The translations under genes and the position numbers were made by a program. The notes under the pieces are model-generated. The model saw only the letters and a list, made by a program, of their open reading frames with translations, made no database searches and was not told the DNA's origin. From Terriglobia bacterium (GTDB taxonomy: Bacteria > Acidobacteriota > Terriglobia > Acidiferrales > UBA7541), in the NCBI GenBank assembly GCA_963695545.1, contig OY968796.1, positions 1,024,001-1,088,000 of the forward strand: a DNA stretch of 64,000 bases, in the 5' to 3' direction. This document shows positions 44,640-54,595 of this stretch, one piece after another (the first letter of the stretch is position 1; each line of letters opens with the position of its first letter).

Positions 44640-45235
44640 TTCCGCATTCTCCCAAGTTGCGCGAGAAACGATTGGAACAACGCGGTTCGTGCGGCTTCAT
44701 TCGTGGGCAAGTTGGCGCGCAATTCCTTTTCGGCCGCGGCCACGGCCATCTGGGCGGCGCGCGCGCGCAATTGCTGGCGGCCGGCTCGCTCCGCGGATTC
44801 GATTTCAAACAGCGCGGCGCGGTCGATGCGTTCGATCTCGCGGCGGCCGGATTCGGCCTGGCGCTGCGCTTCCGCAGCCTCTTCCCGAACGGCATCGGCG
44901 CGCACGCGCGCGATTTCCTGATCGAGGTGCGCGACTTTATCCTCGATTTCGCGCAACTCGCGCTCGGCTTCGGCCTTGGCCGCCGTCGCATCGCGAATGG
45001 CCACGCCGATTTCAGCGCCGCGTCCGCGAAAGTATGGGCCGCCCCAACGCGCCAGAACGTAAGCGAGCGCGCCAAAGACGAGAATGAAATTCAGCCAGCG
45101 AAAAATCAGGCCGGCGGTGGAATCGGCCGCCTCGGCTGGTCCACCATCCGCCGCGAATGCCGGCGCGGCGAACACCGCCATAACTAGAAGCGCAGTGGCA
45201 AATCGCCGGGCCAATTTTACGCAGAGGCGTTTCAT
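44636..45235 (-). CDS. atpF: ATP synthase F0 subunit b
   Basis: 'FRWLNF' TM helix followed by a charged coiled coil; operon position. Confidence 0.85.
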   Translation of the reverse strand: MKRLCVKLARRFATALLVMAVFAAPAFAADGGPAEAADSTAGLIFRWLNFILVFGALAYVLARWGGPYFRGRGAEIGVAIRDATAAKAEAERELREIEDKVAHLDQEIARVRADAVREEAAEAQRQAESGRREIERIDRAALFEIESAERAGRQQLRARAAQMAVAAAEKELRANLPTNEAARTALFQSFLAQLGRMRN

Positions 45236-45702
45236 CGCTGACCTGCAAGGCCCGGTCCTGGGGCATCGGGCGGAAGGAAAGTCTTGGCGATTTCGCGGCC
45301 CAGAGCGATGCTGGGCGCTTCGAGGGCCGCGCGGGCCGCGGCGAATTCCTGCTCCTGCTGCCGCTTCGCGGCGCGAACGCGCTCCTGCGCGGCGGCGCGG
45401 GCGGCGCGGACAGCAGCTTCGCGCTGCTCGACCGCGTGACGGCGCGCGGTCTCCTGCTCGGTGAACAATTGCAGGCTGGCATTCTTGAGCGCGGCGCGGT
45501 AGCCGCGCAGTTTTTCCTGTGCTTCGCGGTGGATCGTCTCCGCGGAGTGGCGCGCGCCTTCGATGCGCGCGCGGCGTTCCGCCAGAACGCGCGCGATCGG
45601 CGTGAAAAAGCTCCAGCGCAGGAAAAAGTAGAACAGAAAAACCATCACGACGGTGGGCAGGGCCGCTAGAAACAACTGGCCCAGTTGATGGACGACGTCC
45701 AT
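45232..45702 (-). CDS. ATP synthase F0 subunit b'
   Basis: N-terminal TM, 'FFTPIARVLAERR..IEG', coiled coil. Confidence 0.85.
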   Translation of the reverse strand: MDVVHQLGQLFLAALPTVVMVFLFYFFLRWSFFTPIARVLAERRARIEGARHSAETIHREAQEKLRGYRAALKNASLQLFTEQETARRHAVEQREAAVRAARAAAQERVRAAKRQQEQEFAAARAALEAPSIALGREIAKTFLPPDAPGPGLAGQR

Positions 45703-45807
45703 GTTCGTTTAAGGGGCGCTCGGGCGCCCCGATTGTGGATCTCCGTCGGAAAAACAGAGGGCGAGCGCCACCCTGCTGGCTATTTCAAGCCTTTGTGAAA
45801 GCAAGGA

Positions 45808-45836
45808 TTTATAGCATCGGCAGCGGGTTCCGTCAA
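45808..45836 (-). promoter_or_regulatory. Sigma70-type promoter of the atp operon
   Basis: Minus strand TTGACG, 17-nt spacer, TATAAA with an extended TG. Confidence 0.6.
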
Positions 45837-45916
45837 CGAGGCACGGGATGCCGCGAAATATGTTTAACGGCGCGGCACACTGGATTCGCCGTGCAGGGGC
45901 CAGCGACTCGCAAGCT

Positions 45917-47017
45917 TCAGTCGTAGGCCAGCGCTTCGACTGGGTCCTTGCCGCTGGCGAGGTAGGAGGGATAGGTGGCGCCCAAGAGGCCCGCGGCGAC
46001 GGAGATGGCCGCGGCGCGGATGATCCAACTGATGGAGATTTCAATGGTGATCGTCGGAAACGCCGAGAGAAACGCGGCGCGCGTGAGGTAGCTCAAGAGA
46101 ATGCCGGCGACGATCCCAACGCCGCAGATCAGCAGCGTTTCACCCAGGAGCGCCTTAACGATGTAGCCTTTGGACGCTCCGAGGGACTTCAGAACTCCGA
46201 TATCGCGCGTGCGTTCGATCACCGTGGTGTACATGGAGAGAAAAATCACCAGAAAGCCGATGGCCACGGCCAGGCCGATCATGCTGCGGACGAAGGCGTC
46301 AAGACCCGGCAAGCTGGTCTGCGTCATCAGGGAGAGATAATCCTTGAGAGGCCGAATCTGATAGCCGCGAAAAATGTCGCGCATCTCGTCCATCACGGCG
46401 GCGGTGCGGTCGGGGTGCGTGCACTTGATGAAGAAGACCGAGGTTTTGCCCGGCGAGGCGGTCAAGTCTTGCAGCGTCGAGAGCTGCACGAATATTCGCG
46501 CGCCCTTGCCGTGCTCGACGATCCCCGCGACGTTGAAATCGTGATCGAGCATGCGGAACGTGCTGCCGACGGTGAGGTGCTTGGACTGCGCGAGAACGTC
46601 GTCGGCCAACATGTCGTAAGGGCCCTGCAAATCATGTCCGGAGAGAAACACGAACCCGCCGGAAACGTCGCGGAAGCTATCGGGATCGATACCGTAGAGA
46701 ATGTCCACACCGCCGGTCAAATTGAAATAGAAAAGCACGGGCGTGTACGACTGAATATATTTTATTTCGCGCAGCTTATCGCCGAGCTTGATGGGCATCG
46801 GCGCGCCGCTGAAGGCGATGAAAACTTGCGCCGATGGCGGCTGGAGCATGATATCCGCGCCGATGCCTTCGATGCGCTTGCCGGCGTCCTGCATCATGCC
46901 GCTAGTGAGTCCGACGACGATGATCACGAGCGTCACCTGCACGGCGACGGCCAGGATGCTGACGATCGTGCGCACGGGGCGATGCACGACGTTGCGGTAC
47001 ACCATCTGGCCCATCAT
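45917..47017 (-). CDS. ABC transporter permease (MacB/FtsX/LolC-E family)
   Basis: 'ERTRDIGVLKSLGA', 'DPVEALAYD', large periplasmic loop. Confidence 0.9.
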   Translation of the reverse strand: MMGQMVYRNVVHRPVRTIVSILAVAVQVTLVIIVVGLTSGMMQDAGKRIEGIGADIMLQPPSAQVFIAFSGAPMPIKLGDKLREIKYIQSYTPVLFYFNLTGGVDILYGIDPDSFRDVSGGFVFLSGHDLQGPYDMLADDVLAQSKHLTVGSTFRMLDHDFNVAGIVEHGKGARIFVQLSTLQDLTASPGKTSVFFIKCTHPDRTAAVMDEMRDIFRGYQIRPLKDYLSLMTQTSLPGLDAFVRSMIGLAVAIGFLVIFLSMYTTVIERTRDIGVLKSLGASKGYIVKALLGETLLICGVGIVAGILLSYLTRAAFLSAFPTITIEISISWIIRAAAISVAAGLLGATYPSYLASGKDPVEALAYD

Positions 47018-48024
47018 GGCTTGGCCTCGGGCTGGGCGGCGGGCTGGTTGTCTTTCTGGGTGCCGGCGGCCTCTTCGTCGACGTTCACGAGCTGCGAGCC
47101 GGCCGGTTGCGCGAGCTGAAAACGATCGGCGGAAATCGGAGAATTGAGCGTGACCTTGGTGGTGCGAATCTCGAGCTGATAATCCTCCTGGGGGCGACGA
47201 AGGTGGATATCGCGCGCAAATTGCGGAGTGGACGCCGGGGATGAGGGCGCCGCGGCGGGCGGATTCGTGGCTGGCGGCGTCGCAGCAGCTTGCGCAGCGG
47301 AAGGCTCGGCGTCCGGCGCGGCCCAGTCGGAGTACGTGATGTCGGAATCGAGGCGGCCTTCGGGTCCATACACCTGAACGCGCGAGATGGAAAGATCGGC
47401 GCGATCAAACCAAATCTTGCGCGCGATTTCCGGACCTGCATCGGCGCGGCGCAACAGCGTCAGAATGTAGAAGCGATCGGGCGAGACATCGAACTGTTCG
47501 ATCAGCACGGGCGAGCCGTCCGGAATTTCCGGCCAGAACAGCGCGTCGAGGACGTGCTGCGGACGCAGATTTTCGATAGGCTTCTTGCCGGGGCGCACAA
47601 GAGCATCCGAGCCGACCAGGAATTTATTCTGCGACGGAATGAAGATGCGGAACGTTTTTCCGTCGCTGGTCATATCGAAAACGTCCTTGGCGACAACGGG
47701 TGCTTGGCCGATCATGCGAATCGAAGCAGGGCGCTGGGCCAGGATGAATCCATGGACGTCATGATACTGCTCGATGACGCCGCTATAGGCGGAACCGGCG
47801 GTGGGGATTAAATCCACCGTGGCGTTCAGGCTTTGAATGCTGCTGGCCTGCTTGTTGTACGCGGCGAGAAGCGCGGCTTTCGTGGCGTCAAGCGCCGGCC
47901 GCGCGATTTGCGATGGAGGAACGGTCGTTTTTGTAGAAATCCTGCACCCGGCGGCGGCAAGGACGAGCAGAAGGCTGGCGGCGCGGGCCGTCCGGAAGGA
48001 TCGATCGAGGATGGTGTTCTTCAC
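47014..48024 (-). CDS. Lipoprotein with a LolA/LolB-like fold (hypothetical)
   Basis: Lipobox-like 'LAAAGC'; beta-rich 'DMTSDGKTFRIFIP', 'RKIWFDR'; coupled to the permease gene. Confidence 0.65.
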   Translation of the reverse strand: MKNTILDRSFRTARAASLLLVLAAAGCRISTKTTVPPSQIARPALDATKAALLAAYNKQASSIQSLNATVDLIPTAGSAYSGVIEQYHDVHGFILAQRPASIRMIGQAPVVAKDVFDMTSDGKTFRIFIPSQNKFLVGSDALVRPGKKPIENLRPQHVLDALFWPEIPDGSPVLIEQFDVSPDRFYILTLLRRADAGPEIARKIWFDRADLSISRVQVYGPEGRLDSDITYSDWAAPDAEPSAAQAAATPPATNPPAAAPSSPASTPQFARDIHLRRPQEDYQLEIRTTKVTLNSPISADRFQLAQPAGSQLVNVDEEAAGTQKDNQPAAQPEAKP

Positions 48025-48077
48025 GTTGATTTGTGATTGCTCGCTAGTCGGCGAATCGTCTTGTAAGCAAACTTGAA

Positions 48078-48106
48078 AATTTAGCAGCGCCGTACGGCAG
48101 CGTCAA
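48078..48106 (-). promoter_or_regulatory. Sigma70-type promoter
   Basis: Minus strand TTGACG, 17-nt spacer, TAAATT with an extended TG. Confidence 0.55.
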
Positions 48107-48122
48107 CAAAGCATGTCGCGCG

Positions 48123-48731
48123 TCAAGCCGGTTCGGCGCGCACGATGTCGACATTCAAAGGCAGTTTCTTGAGCGCCGGCTGCAGTCGGCGAATCACTTC
48201 CTCACTCGAGAGGCGATTCGTCAGCAACGTCAAAAAGCCATTCTCGAAATCGCAGACAGCGCAGAACAAGTAAGAATCGATCACCGGCGCGTAGGCGTCA
48301 ACGCCGCCGCTTGAAAGCGTGCCTTCGAGCGCGACATCCTCGGCCGGCAGCGATCCTCCGGCGCGCGCGCCGAAAGTTTCCGCAGCGAACCGCTCGACGA
48401 GTCCGGCCAACGCGTCCGGCGCAAGCTCGGTCGCGGGAATGACGAGCGAGCGCGACGCGGCTTGGCGAAATTCGATCTCATGACGCGCGCAATAATCGCG
48501 CACGCGATCGACGTGCGCGAAGAAATCAAGCGCCCAGGGCTCGCCGGCGGCCATCGCGGAAAGAGACGCGCCCCAAATGCGCCCAGCGTCGGGACCGCGC
48601 ACGGGTTCGCGCGTGGAGCGCTCGATAAGCTCAAAACCCACGCCTTTCGCGCCGGCGCCGAGATCGAGCGGATCAATCTCGAGCTTGTAACCCAGGTCCG
48701 GCGTCTCCGCGCCATTTCCCCCTGGCGTCAT
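48123..48731 (-). CDS. Hypothetical protein
   Basis: 202-aa ORF coupled to the upstream gene by an ATGA overlap. Confidence 0.65.
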   Translation of the reverse strand: MTPGGNGAETPDLGYKLEIDPLDLGAGAKGVGFELIERSTREPVRGPDAGRIWGASLSAMAAGEPWALDFFAHVDRVRDYCARHEIEFRQAASRSLVIPATELAPDALAGLVERFAAETFGARAGGSLPAEDVALEGTLSSGGVDAYAPVIDSYLFCAVCDFENGFLTLLTNRLSSEEVIRRLQPALKKLPLNVDIVRAEPA

Positions 48732-49312
48732 GCGTCCTCCCTGGACGCAGGCGAGCCAAAGCGCGCGACGAAATCAGGCGACTGCTTGCGAATTTCGAGC
48801 CAATCGAAAAATGTTTCCGGCGTTTCGAGCCAGATGCGAAACCATTGCAGGATTTCTTCCTTGTCGGCGCGCTTCTGCCGGTCCACTTTCCGATTGCGCG
48901 CGATCATTTCGGCGCGCCGGCGGCCCAGGCGGCCGACTTCAAGGACGCGCTCGGCGGCGGCGCGGTCGTGTTCGGCGCGGAATTTTCGCAGCATTTCGTC
49001 AAGCCGCACCAGACACATCTCGGCTTCTTCGAGCGTGGCGAAACGCAGCAGATCGCGAAACTCCTCTTCGTGCCGGCCGTCGGTGTCTGACTGCGTGGAG
49101 CGCGCGACGCGCAAGCCGGCGTCTTCCAGCACGTCAGTGACGTAATCGACGGAAGTCTTGCCGGGCGCGCCAAGACGCGCCGCGAGCTGCCGGCGAATCT
49201 GCTCGATCTCGGCGGGCGTGTAGCGCGTGACGCGCAATTCCGCCGCGATCGCCAGGATCACGTCTTTCTTGGAAATTTTGGAAGCGCTCATGAGCATCAC
49301 CTTCAGATTCAC
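48728..49312 (-). CDS. Hypothetical helical protein
   Basis: In the ruvX-mltG operon; C-terminal 'EILQWFRIWLETPETFFDWLEIRK'. Confidence 0.75.
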   Translation of the reverse strand: MNLKVMLMSASKISKKDVILAIAAELRVTRYTPAEIEQIRRQLAARLGAPGKTSVDYVTDVLEDAGLRVARSTQSDTDGRHEEEFRDLLRFATLEEAEMCLVRLDEMLRKFRAEHDRAAAERVLEVGRLGRRRAEMIARNRKVDRQKRADKEEILQWFRIWLETPETFFDWLEIRKQSPDFVARFGSPASREDA

Positions 49313-50367
49313 TTCGGCTTCGGCGCAGTTTGCGCGGCGTGGTCGTTTTGAGCCGGGGCGCTTTCCTGGGCCGCGCGCAGCTTGCGGTAGCGCGCGACGT
49401 TGCGATTGTGCTCGGCAAGTGTCTTGCTGAAAAAGTGGCCGCCCTGCGTGTTCGCGACGAAGTAGAGATAATCGGTGGGCGGCGGATCGAGAGCTGCGCG
49501 CAACGAAGCTTCGCCGGGATTCGAGATCGGGCCCGGGGGCAGGCCGACAACTTGGTACGTGTTGTACGGCGATTTAAAATGCAAGTCGGCGTCGTCAAGC
49601 GGTCCCGTTGAGCGGCCGGCGAGCGCGAGCGCGTAGGCCACAGTGGGATCGCATTCGAGCGGCATGTTGCGCACCAAACGATTCGTGAAGACGCCCGCGA
49701 CGAGCGGCCGCTCGGCGTCGAGCGGCGTTTCGCGCTCGACGAGCGAAGCGAGCGTCACCACGCGCTCGACGGGCACGGGAAATCTGGAATTTGGCTGCGG
49801 CAGAGTGTCCCACTCTTCGCGAAATTTATTCACCATGGCCTGCACCATTTCCGCGGCGGTGATGTGGCGCGGAAACTCATACGTCGCCGGAAACAAAAAC
49901 CCTTCAAGGTTCGGCGCCGTCGGGGCGAGATCCAGAATCGGAGCCGGATCGGCCGCGGCGGCGAGAAATTCATCGCGAGTCACAAGGCCCTCTTGCTGGG
50001 CCAGGTCCGCGATGTCGAACATGTTGTAGCCCTCCGGAATGACCAGCGGAATCACAAAAACGCGGCCGCTGGCGATCGCGTCGAACACCTGGCGCTGCGT
50101 CTCGGCGCGATCGAAGTAATACTCGCCGGCTTCAAGCGGGCGCAGATCGCGGAAGCGCGCCAAAATTTCAAACGCCAAACGGCTGCGTATCACGCCTTGC
50201 TCGGCGAGCAACCGGCCGATCGTGCGGCGCGATGCGCCGTGCGGGATATCCACATAAACGCCGGGCGGCGAGGCGAATCCTTGATAGGGCAAGTACCACG
50301 CGGCAGCGAGCCACGCACCTGCAGCCACGATCGCCAGAATCAGTAGCGTCCAAAAGGCGCGGCGCAT
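49309..50367 (-). CDS. mltG: Endolytic transglycosylase MltG
   Basis: 'LEGFLFPATY', 'LASLVERET', 'SPYNTY...GLPPGPISNPG', 'YLYFVA'. Confidence 0.95.
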   Translation of the reverse strand: MRRAFWTLLILAIVAAGAWLAAAWYLPYQGFASPPGVYVDIPHGASRRTIGRLLAEQGVIRSRLAFEILARFRDLRPLEAGEYYFDRAETQRQVFDAIASGRVFVIPLVIPEGYNMFDIADLAQQEGLVTRDEFLAAAADPAPILDLAPTAPNLEGFLFPATYEFPRHITAAEMVQAMVNKFREEWDTLPQPNSRFPVPVERVVTLASLVERETPLDAERPLVAGVFTNRLVRNMPLECDPTVAYALALAGRSTGPLDDADLHFKSPYNTYQVVGLPPGPISNPGEASLRAALDPPPTDYLYFVANTQGGHFFSKTLAEHNRNVARYRKLRAAQESAPAQNDHAAQTAPKPK

Positions 50368-50368
50368 T

Positions 50369-50881
50369 CTAGCTGCCGACCGAACTTGATGCGCCCGAAT
50401 TGTTGGATGCATCGGACGATCCGGTTGCGCGCGCGGGCTTGGCGGGGCGCTCGCGAAGCAAGTATTCGTCGAGGATCAGCGCAGCGGCGCGCGCGTCAAG
50501 GCCAACATCGCCGCGGCGCGGCGCACGCTCCTGCGCGGCTTGCCAACTGGTGAGGCGTTCGTCGGCCAGCGCGACGGGCAGGCCCAATTGCCGCCCGAGT
50601 TGAATCGCAAAGCGACCGGCTTCGGCGGACATTTCGCTGGGCGCGCCATCGAGATGCAGCGGCAGGCCGACGACGATGCGGCGCACGCCGTGGCGGCGCA
50701 CAAGCTCGCGCAGGCGCGTGATATCGCGGCGGCGATTCGTGCGAATCCAGGTGGCCAGCGGGCGCGCGGTCACGCCGAGGGCGTCGGAGAGCGCAAGACC
50801 CCAGCGTTTGCGGCCGTAATCGATGGCCAAGACTGGGCCGAAACGTGGCGGCGACGGCTTGCCTAAAGCGGCAGCACTCAT
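50369..50881 (-). CDS. ruvX: RuvX/YqgF RNase H-fold nuclease
   Basis: 'LAIDYG.KRWGLALSD', 'VVGLP', 'DERLTS', 'DARAAALIL'. Confidence 0.92.
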   Translation of the reverse strand: MSAAALGKPSPPRFGPVLAIDYGRKRWGLALSDALGVTARPLATWIRTNRRRDITRLRELVRRHGVRRIVVGLPLHLDGAPSEMSAEAGRFAIQLGRQLGLPVALADERLTSWQAAQERAPRRGDVGLDARAAALILDEYLLRERPAKPARATGSSDASNNSGASSSVGS

Positions 50882-50901
50882 GCTTCTATTATAGCGCGGC
50901 G

Positions 50902-52008
50902 TTAGCTGCGCCAGCGGAGCGTCACGGGACCGGGAATGGGATGTTCAAAGGGCCGGCCGGTGCGGCGCGAATCGAGATAGGCCTTTTTCAATTGGAAATA
51001 CCAGCGCGCGGGTCGATCGGCGTCGTCCACAAGCATCAGCGTGGGATGGCTGCGCAGGCCGACCACTTGCTTTTCCATGGTGCGCTGATCCTGGCCGATG
51101 AATCGCGTGGCGAACGAGCGGAAAATCGGCACGACGAAAGGCATCCACGGAAAAATATTCCACGCGGCGCAGAAGTCGATGCGGCACTTATCGGCGGTGA
51201 CCGGCGTCACGGTGGTGCGGCTTGAAAACCAGAAGCGGCCGCAGTGAATCACTTCGAGGCGATGATTCGGCAAGATGAAGTCGATGGTCGTGGTGATGGG
51301 CTCTTTGTAAATGCGCAGAAGCTTGTACGCGCCGCTATTGGCCGAAGGCTTGTGCGCGCTCATGCGAAAGCCCAGCGGAATCGGCTCGAACATTTTTTCC
51401 TTGGTTTGGATGCTGCGCCGCGATCGCCACCACCACGATTGGTGAACGAACGGGCCGTGCGCGGGGTCCATCAGGCCGATGATGCCGTGATCGACATTGC
51501 TGGGAAGATCGGCTTCGAGACGCGTGATGCGATAGCGCGCGCTGAACGTTTCCAGTTTCGGCGCGGGCGGCGGATCGACGGCGCGCGCGGCCGGTCCGCG
51601 CAGCGCTTCGTCGGGCATATAGACCCACACGTAGCCATCGTGCTCGGCGGCGGGAAAACTGCCGCAGTAAATGCGCTCGACCTTGAGCTTTGAATCCTCG
51701 GTGATCGAAGGAACCAATCGGCATTGGCCTGTGTGCGGCTCGAATTGCCAGCCGTGATAGCAGCATTCGACATTGTCGCCTTCAAACCGGCCGGCGCTGA
51801 GCGGCATTCCCCGATGCGGACAAACATCGCGCAACGCAAACGCACGCCCAGAAGGATCTCGCCCGATCACCAGTGGCTCGCCAAGCAGATGCACGGCAAG
51901 AAGGCCGCGCTTCGGCACGCGCGCTGTCAGCGTCGCGGGATACCAGAAACCGCGAAGCATTTCGGCTCCGACAGTTTGATCGGTGGATGGCGGCTGGAGT
52001 TCGGTCAT
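50902..52008 (-). CDS. Rieske non-heme iron oxygenase alpha subunit (VanA-like)
   Basis: 'CPHRG...C.YHGW' Rieske motif; 'DPAHGPFVH' mononuclear iron motif. Confidence 0.9.
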   Translation of the reverse strand: MTELQPPSTDQTVGAEMLRGFWYPATLTARVPKRGLLAVHLLGEPLVIGRDPSGRAFALRDVCPHRGMPLSAGRFEGDNVECCYHGWQFEPHTGQCRLVPSITEDSKLKVERIYCGSFPAAEHDGYVWVYMPDEALRGPAARAVDPPPAPKLETFSARYRITRLEADLPSNVDHGIIGLMDPAHGPFVHQSWWWRSRRSIQTKEKMFEPIPLGFRMSAHKPSANSGAYKLLRIYKEPITTTIDFILPNHRLEVIHCGRFWFSSRTTVTPVTADKCRIDFCAAWNIFPWMPFVVPIFRSFATRFIGQDQRTMEKQVVGLRSHPTLMLVDDADRPARWYFQLKKAYLDSRRTGRPFEHPIPGPVTLRWRS

Positions 52009-52124
52009 TCGGATCGAATATCGCGCTCGCTGATTTTTTCGTTTCGCGCGGCAAGCGTACTACGCGCTCTCACTCGGAGCAATGACATGCCAGGATACCG
52101 CGATCGACCCGAGCGCTCGTCCGA

Positions 52125-53255
52125 TCACCGCGGTCCGGCTTGCTTCATGAGCGCCTCGGCCTCCGCGCGCGAAAGGCGCGGCCCGAGCGGGGCCACATCT
52201 TCGGCGACGTCGAACGCGGTGACCCCAGCAATTGCCGCGTGGCGCCCCAATTCCTGAAGATCTGGTTGGTCGAGCGTGATCGAGGAAGCCGCGTTCCACT
52301 GTTGGGGTTCCGCAACAATCGTGGGCACACCTTGTAGAAGGAATTGCAGAGTGCAGTTGGCGTCGGCATCGGACTCGGAGTAGGAGTCCGGCGCCGGCGC
52401 CAGCTTTTCGAGGGGTTTCAGGGCTTCACTCACTTGCGGCTCAATGTCTTGTCGGCCGTTTAGGAGATAACGCGTGCCCCGACCCATGCCCTGCGCCACG
52501 AAGATTGCGGCGATCGTGCCGTCCAATTCGGCAACGTGCGCGCTAACGTAGTCGGACGCGCCGCATTCGTCCGTTCCCGCGGCATAGAAAAGAACGAAGC
52601 GAATTGTGCGTCGGGGCAGAAGGCCGGTGGCCGCGATATCGCGCGCAGCTTCGACCAACACAGCGGCATTGGCGACCCCATCAGGGTCGCCTTGGAGGCG
52701 AAGAGATGAACCGACTGCCGCGGCCAGGATGACAACTTCGCCCGGTTTTTCGCGGCCGCGGATTTCCGCGACGACATTTTCCAACCCGGGTGCGCGCGGT
52801 GAAGAAGGCTCCGTGTGCACCTGGAGTCCCGCCGCGCGAAATGCGGCCACGGCCCAATCGACCGCGCGCACGTCGTCAACGACACTTTGCGGAGCCGCCG
52901 CTCCCATGGCGTGGCCGCCTTCTCCGCCTGCCAGAATGCGCAGATTCGCCTCAATCGTCGAATCTTTGCCCATGGCGTTGGCGATGATCTTGGGCGCGGC
53001 TTCGGCGCAGAGAGTGGGTTCGGCTTCGGAGCAAACCTGCGCGGGAGGCTGCGCTCGAATGCGCGCGAGCGGATCGGGCTCGGGCGGCGTTACCTGCGAG
53101 AACGCGGGGACGGCTGCGAAAAGCAAGAGTGCTGGGAGAATGGTCAGCGCCAGGAAGGCGGCTCGCGATTTCACGCGCGTTGCGAACCGAGCGGGCGGTG
53201 GTGCCGCGAAGCGCAAGAGCCTCTCCTGTGGCGCACTGGGCTGCCGGACAATCAT
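52125..53255 (-). CDS. M28-family peptidase homolog with degenerate metal ligands
   Basis: 'NVVAEIRGREKPGEVVIL', 'PRRTIRFVLF', 'FLLQGVPT' match the M28 scaffold, but the HxD and EE motifs are absent. Confidence 0.75.
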   Translation of the reverse strand: MIVRQPSAPQERLLRFAAPPPARFATRVKSRAAFLALTILPALLLFAAVPAFSQVTPPEPDPLARIRAQPPAQVCSEAEPTLCAEAAPKIIANAMGKDSTIEANLRILAGGEGGHAMGAAAPQSVVDDVRAVDWAVAAFRAAGLQVHTEPSSPRAPGLENVVAEIRGREKPGEVVILAAAVGSSLRLQGDPDGVANAAVLVEAARDIAATGLLPRRTIRFVLFYAAGTDECGASDYVSAHVAELDGTIAAIFVAQGMGRGTRYLLNGRQDIEPQVSEALKPLEKLAPAPDSYSESDADANCTLQFLLQGVPTIVAEPQQWNAASSITLDQPDLQELGRHAAIAGVTAFDVAEDVAPLGPRLSRAEAEALMKQAGPR

Positions 53256-53300
53256 TGTAGCGTGGACGTGTACCGCGGCGGCCCACGAGTCCCGGTGCGC

Positions 53301-54182
53301 TTAGATGCCGTCGAGCACCGAGTCGGCCACGCGCGCGACCTGGGCCATTTCGGCGACATCGTGAACGCGAACGATATGCGCGCCGCACAGGATGGCGGCC
53401 GTCACGGCGGCCGCTGTGCCCCAGAGACGCTCGGCGACCGGAGGCACTTCGGTTTTCCCAGTCTGCGCCCAGCCGATTGAGCTTTTGCGCGAAGGCCCGA
53501 TCGCGATGGGGAATCCGAGACGAGCGAGTTCGGGCAGGCGCGCGAGCAACTCGAAATTTTGCGCGTGCCGCTTGCCAAAGCCGAAGCCTGGGTCGAGCAC
53601 GATCCGATCTTTTGTGACGCCAGCGGCGCGGGCTTGGCGCACGGCGCGGCGCAAACTTCCGACAACATCGCGCATGGCGTCGCGCGCGAATGGACCGCGC
53701 TGCATCGTGGCAGGCGTGCCGCGCATGTGCATCAGGATCAGCGCGAGGCGATGGCGCGCGGCGACTTTGGCTAATTCCGGGCCAGCGCGCAGCGCGGAGA
53801 CATCATTCAGGATTTGTGCGCCGCCATCCGCCGCGGCTTCCGCGACCTCGGCGCTCTGCGTATCGACGGAAATCGGAACGCGCAATTGGCCGCGCAATTC
53901 TTTGAGCACCGGCAGCAGAAGCCTGATTTGCTCGGCTGGGCGCACGGGCACCGAACCGGGGCGCGTGGATTCGGCGCCGATATCGATCAGATCAGCGCCG
54001 GCGTGCTCCATCGCGAGCGCGTGGGCCACGGCGGATTGCGAATCGAGATAAAGCCCGCCATCGGAGAAACTGTCGGGCGTGACGTTGAGCACGCCCATCA
54101 CCAGCGTGCGCTCGCCCAGCACAAGCGCGCGCGATCCGAGACGCAGACGGAAACGCCGGCGAGCCGTCGTCTTTATTGGCAT
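53301..54182 (-). CDS. folP: Dihydropteroate synthase
   Basis: 'MGVLNVTPDSFSDGG', 'IDIGAESTRPG', 'DPGFGFGK', 'SRKS', 'RVHDV'. Confidence 0.96.
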   Translation of the reverse strand: MPIKTTARRRFRLRLGSRALVLGERTLVMGVLNVTPDSFSDGGLYLDSQSAVAHALAMEHAGADLIDIGAESTRPGSVPVRPAEQIRLLLPVLKELRGQLRVPISVDTQSAEVAEAAADGGAQILNDVSALRAGPELAKVAARHRLALILMHMRGTPATMQRGPFARDAMRDVVGSLRRAVRQARAAGVTKDRIVLDPGFGFGKRHAQNFELLARLPELARLGFPIAIGPSRKSSIGWAQTGKTEVPPVAERLWGTAAAVTAAILCGAHIVRVHDVAEMAQVARVADSVLDGI

Positions 54183-54191
54183 TTGTCGTCG

Positions 54192-54506
54192 CTAATCGAG
54201 ATCGTAATCGCGGAGGGGTTTTTCAACCGGCTGGTCCTTGGCTCGCTTCAGGGCTTCTTCAAATTTGCGCGTCAGAACGTCTTCCTTGTTTTTTTCCGCT
54301 TCGCAGGACTGGCGGAATTTATCTTCGCGCAGCCGCTCCTGCTCGGCCAGGATATTCGCGGAGTCGGTCAGATCCACGCCCGGCGCGGCGCGAGCAGGCA
54401 GCTCGTGCGCGAGAACCACGGCGAGCTGCGTATCGATCGTCAACTTCGCCCGGCAGCACGGGCAATCGACTTCGATGGTGGATGGGACTGCCGGCTTCTG
54501 CGCCAT
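54192..54506 (-). CDS. Small hypothetical protein with an N-terminal CPCC motif
   Basis: 'EVDCPCCRAKLTID', charged helical C-terminus. Confidence 0.75.
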   Translation of the reverse strand: MAQKPAVPSTIEVDCPCCRAKLTIDTQLAVVLAHELPARAAPGVDLTDSANILAEQERLREDKFRQSCEAEKNKEDVLTRKFEEALKRAKDQPVEKPLRDYDLD

Positions 54507-54595
54507 GCCGGTATTCTACGCCACATCGCCGTGGTGGAGGTATCGAGAGCAGCGCCGAATAGCTCCGTGCGGGCTTATGATGTGCCGGGGGCGAC

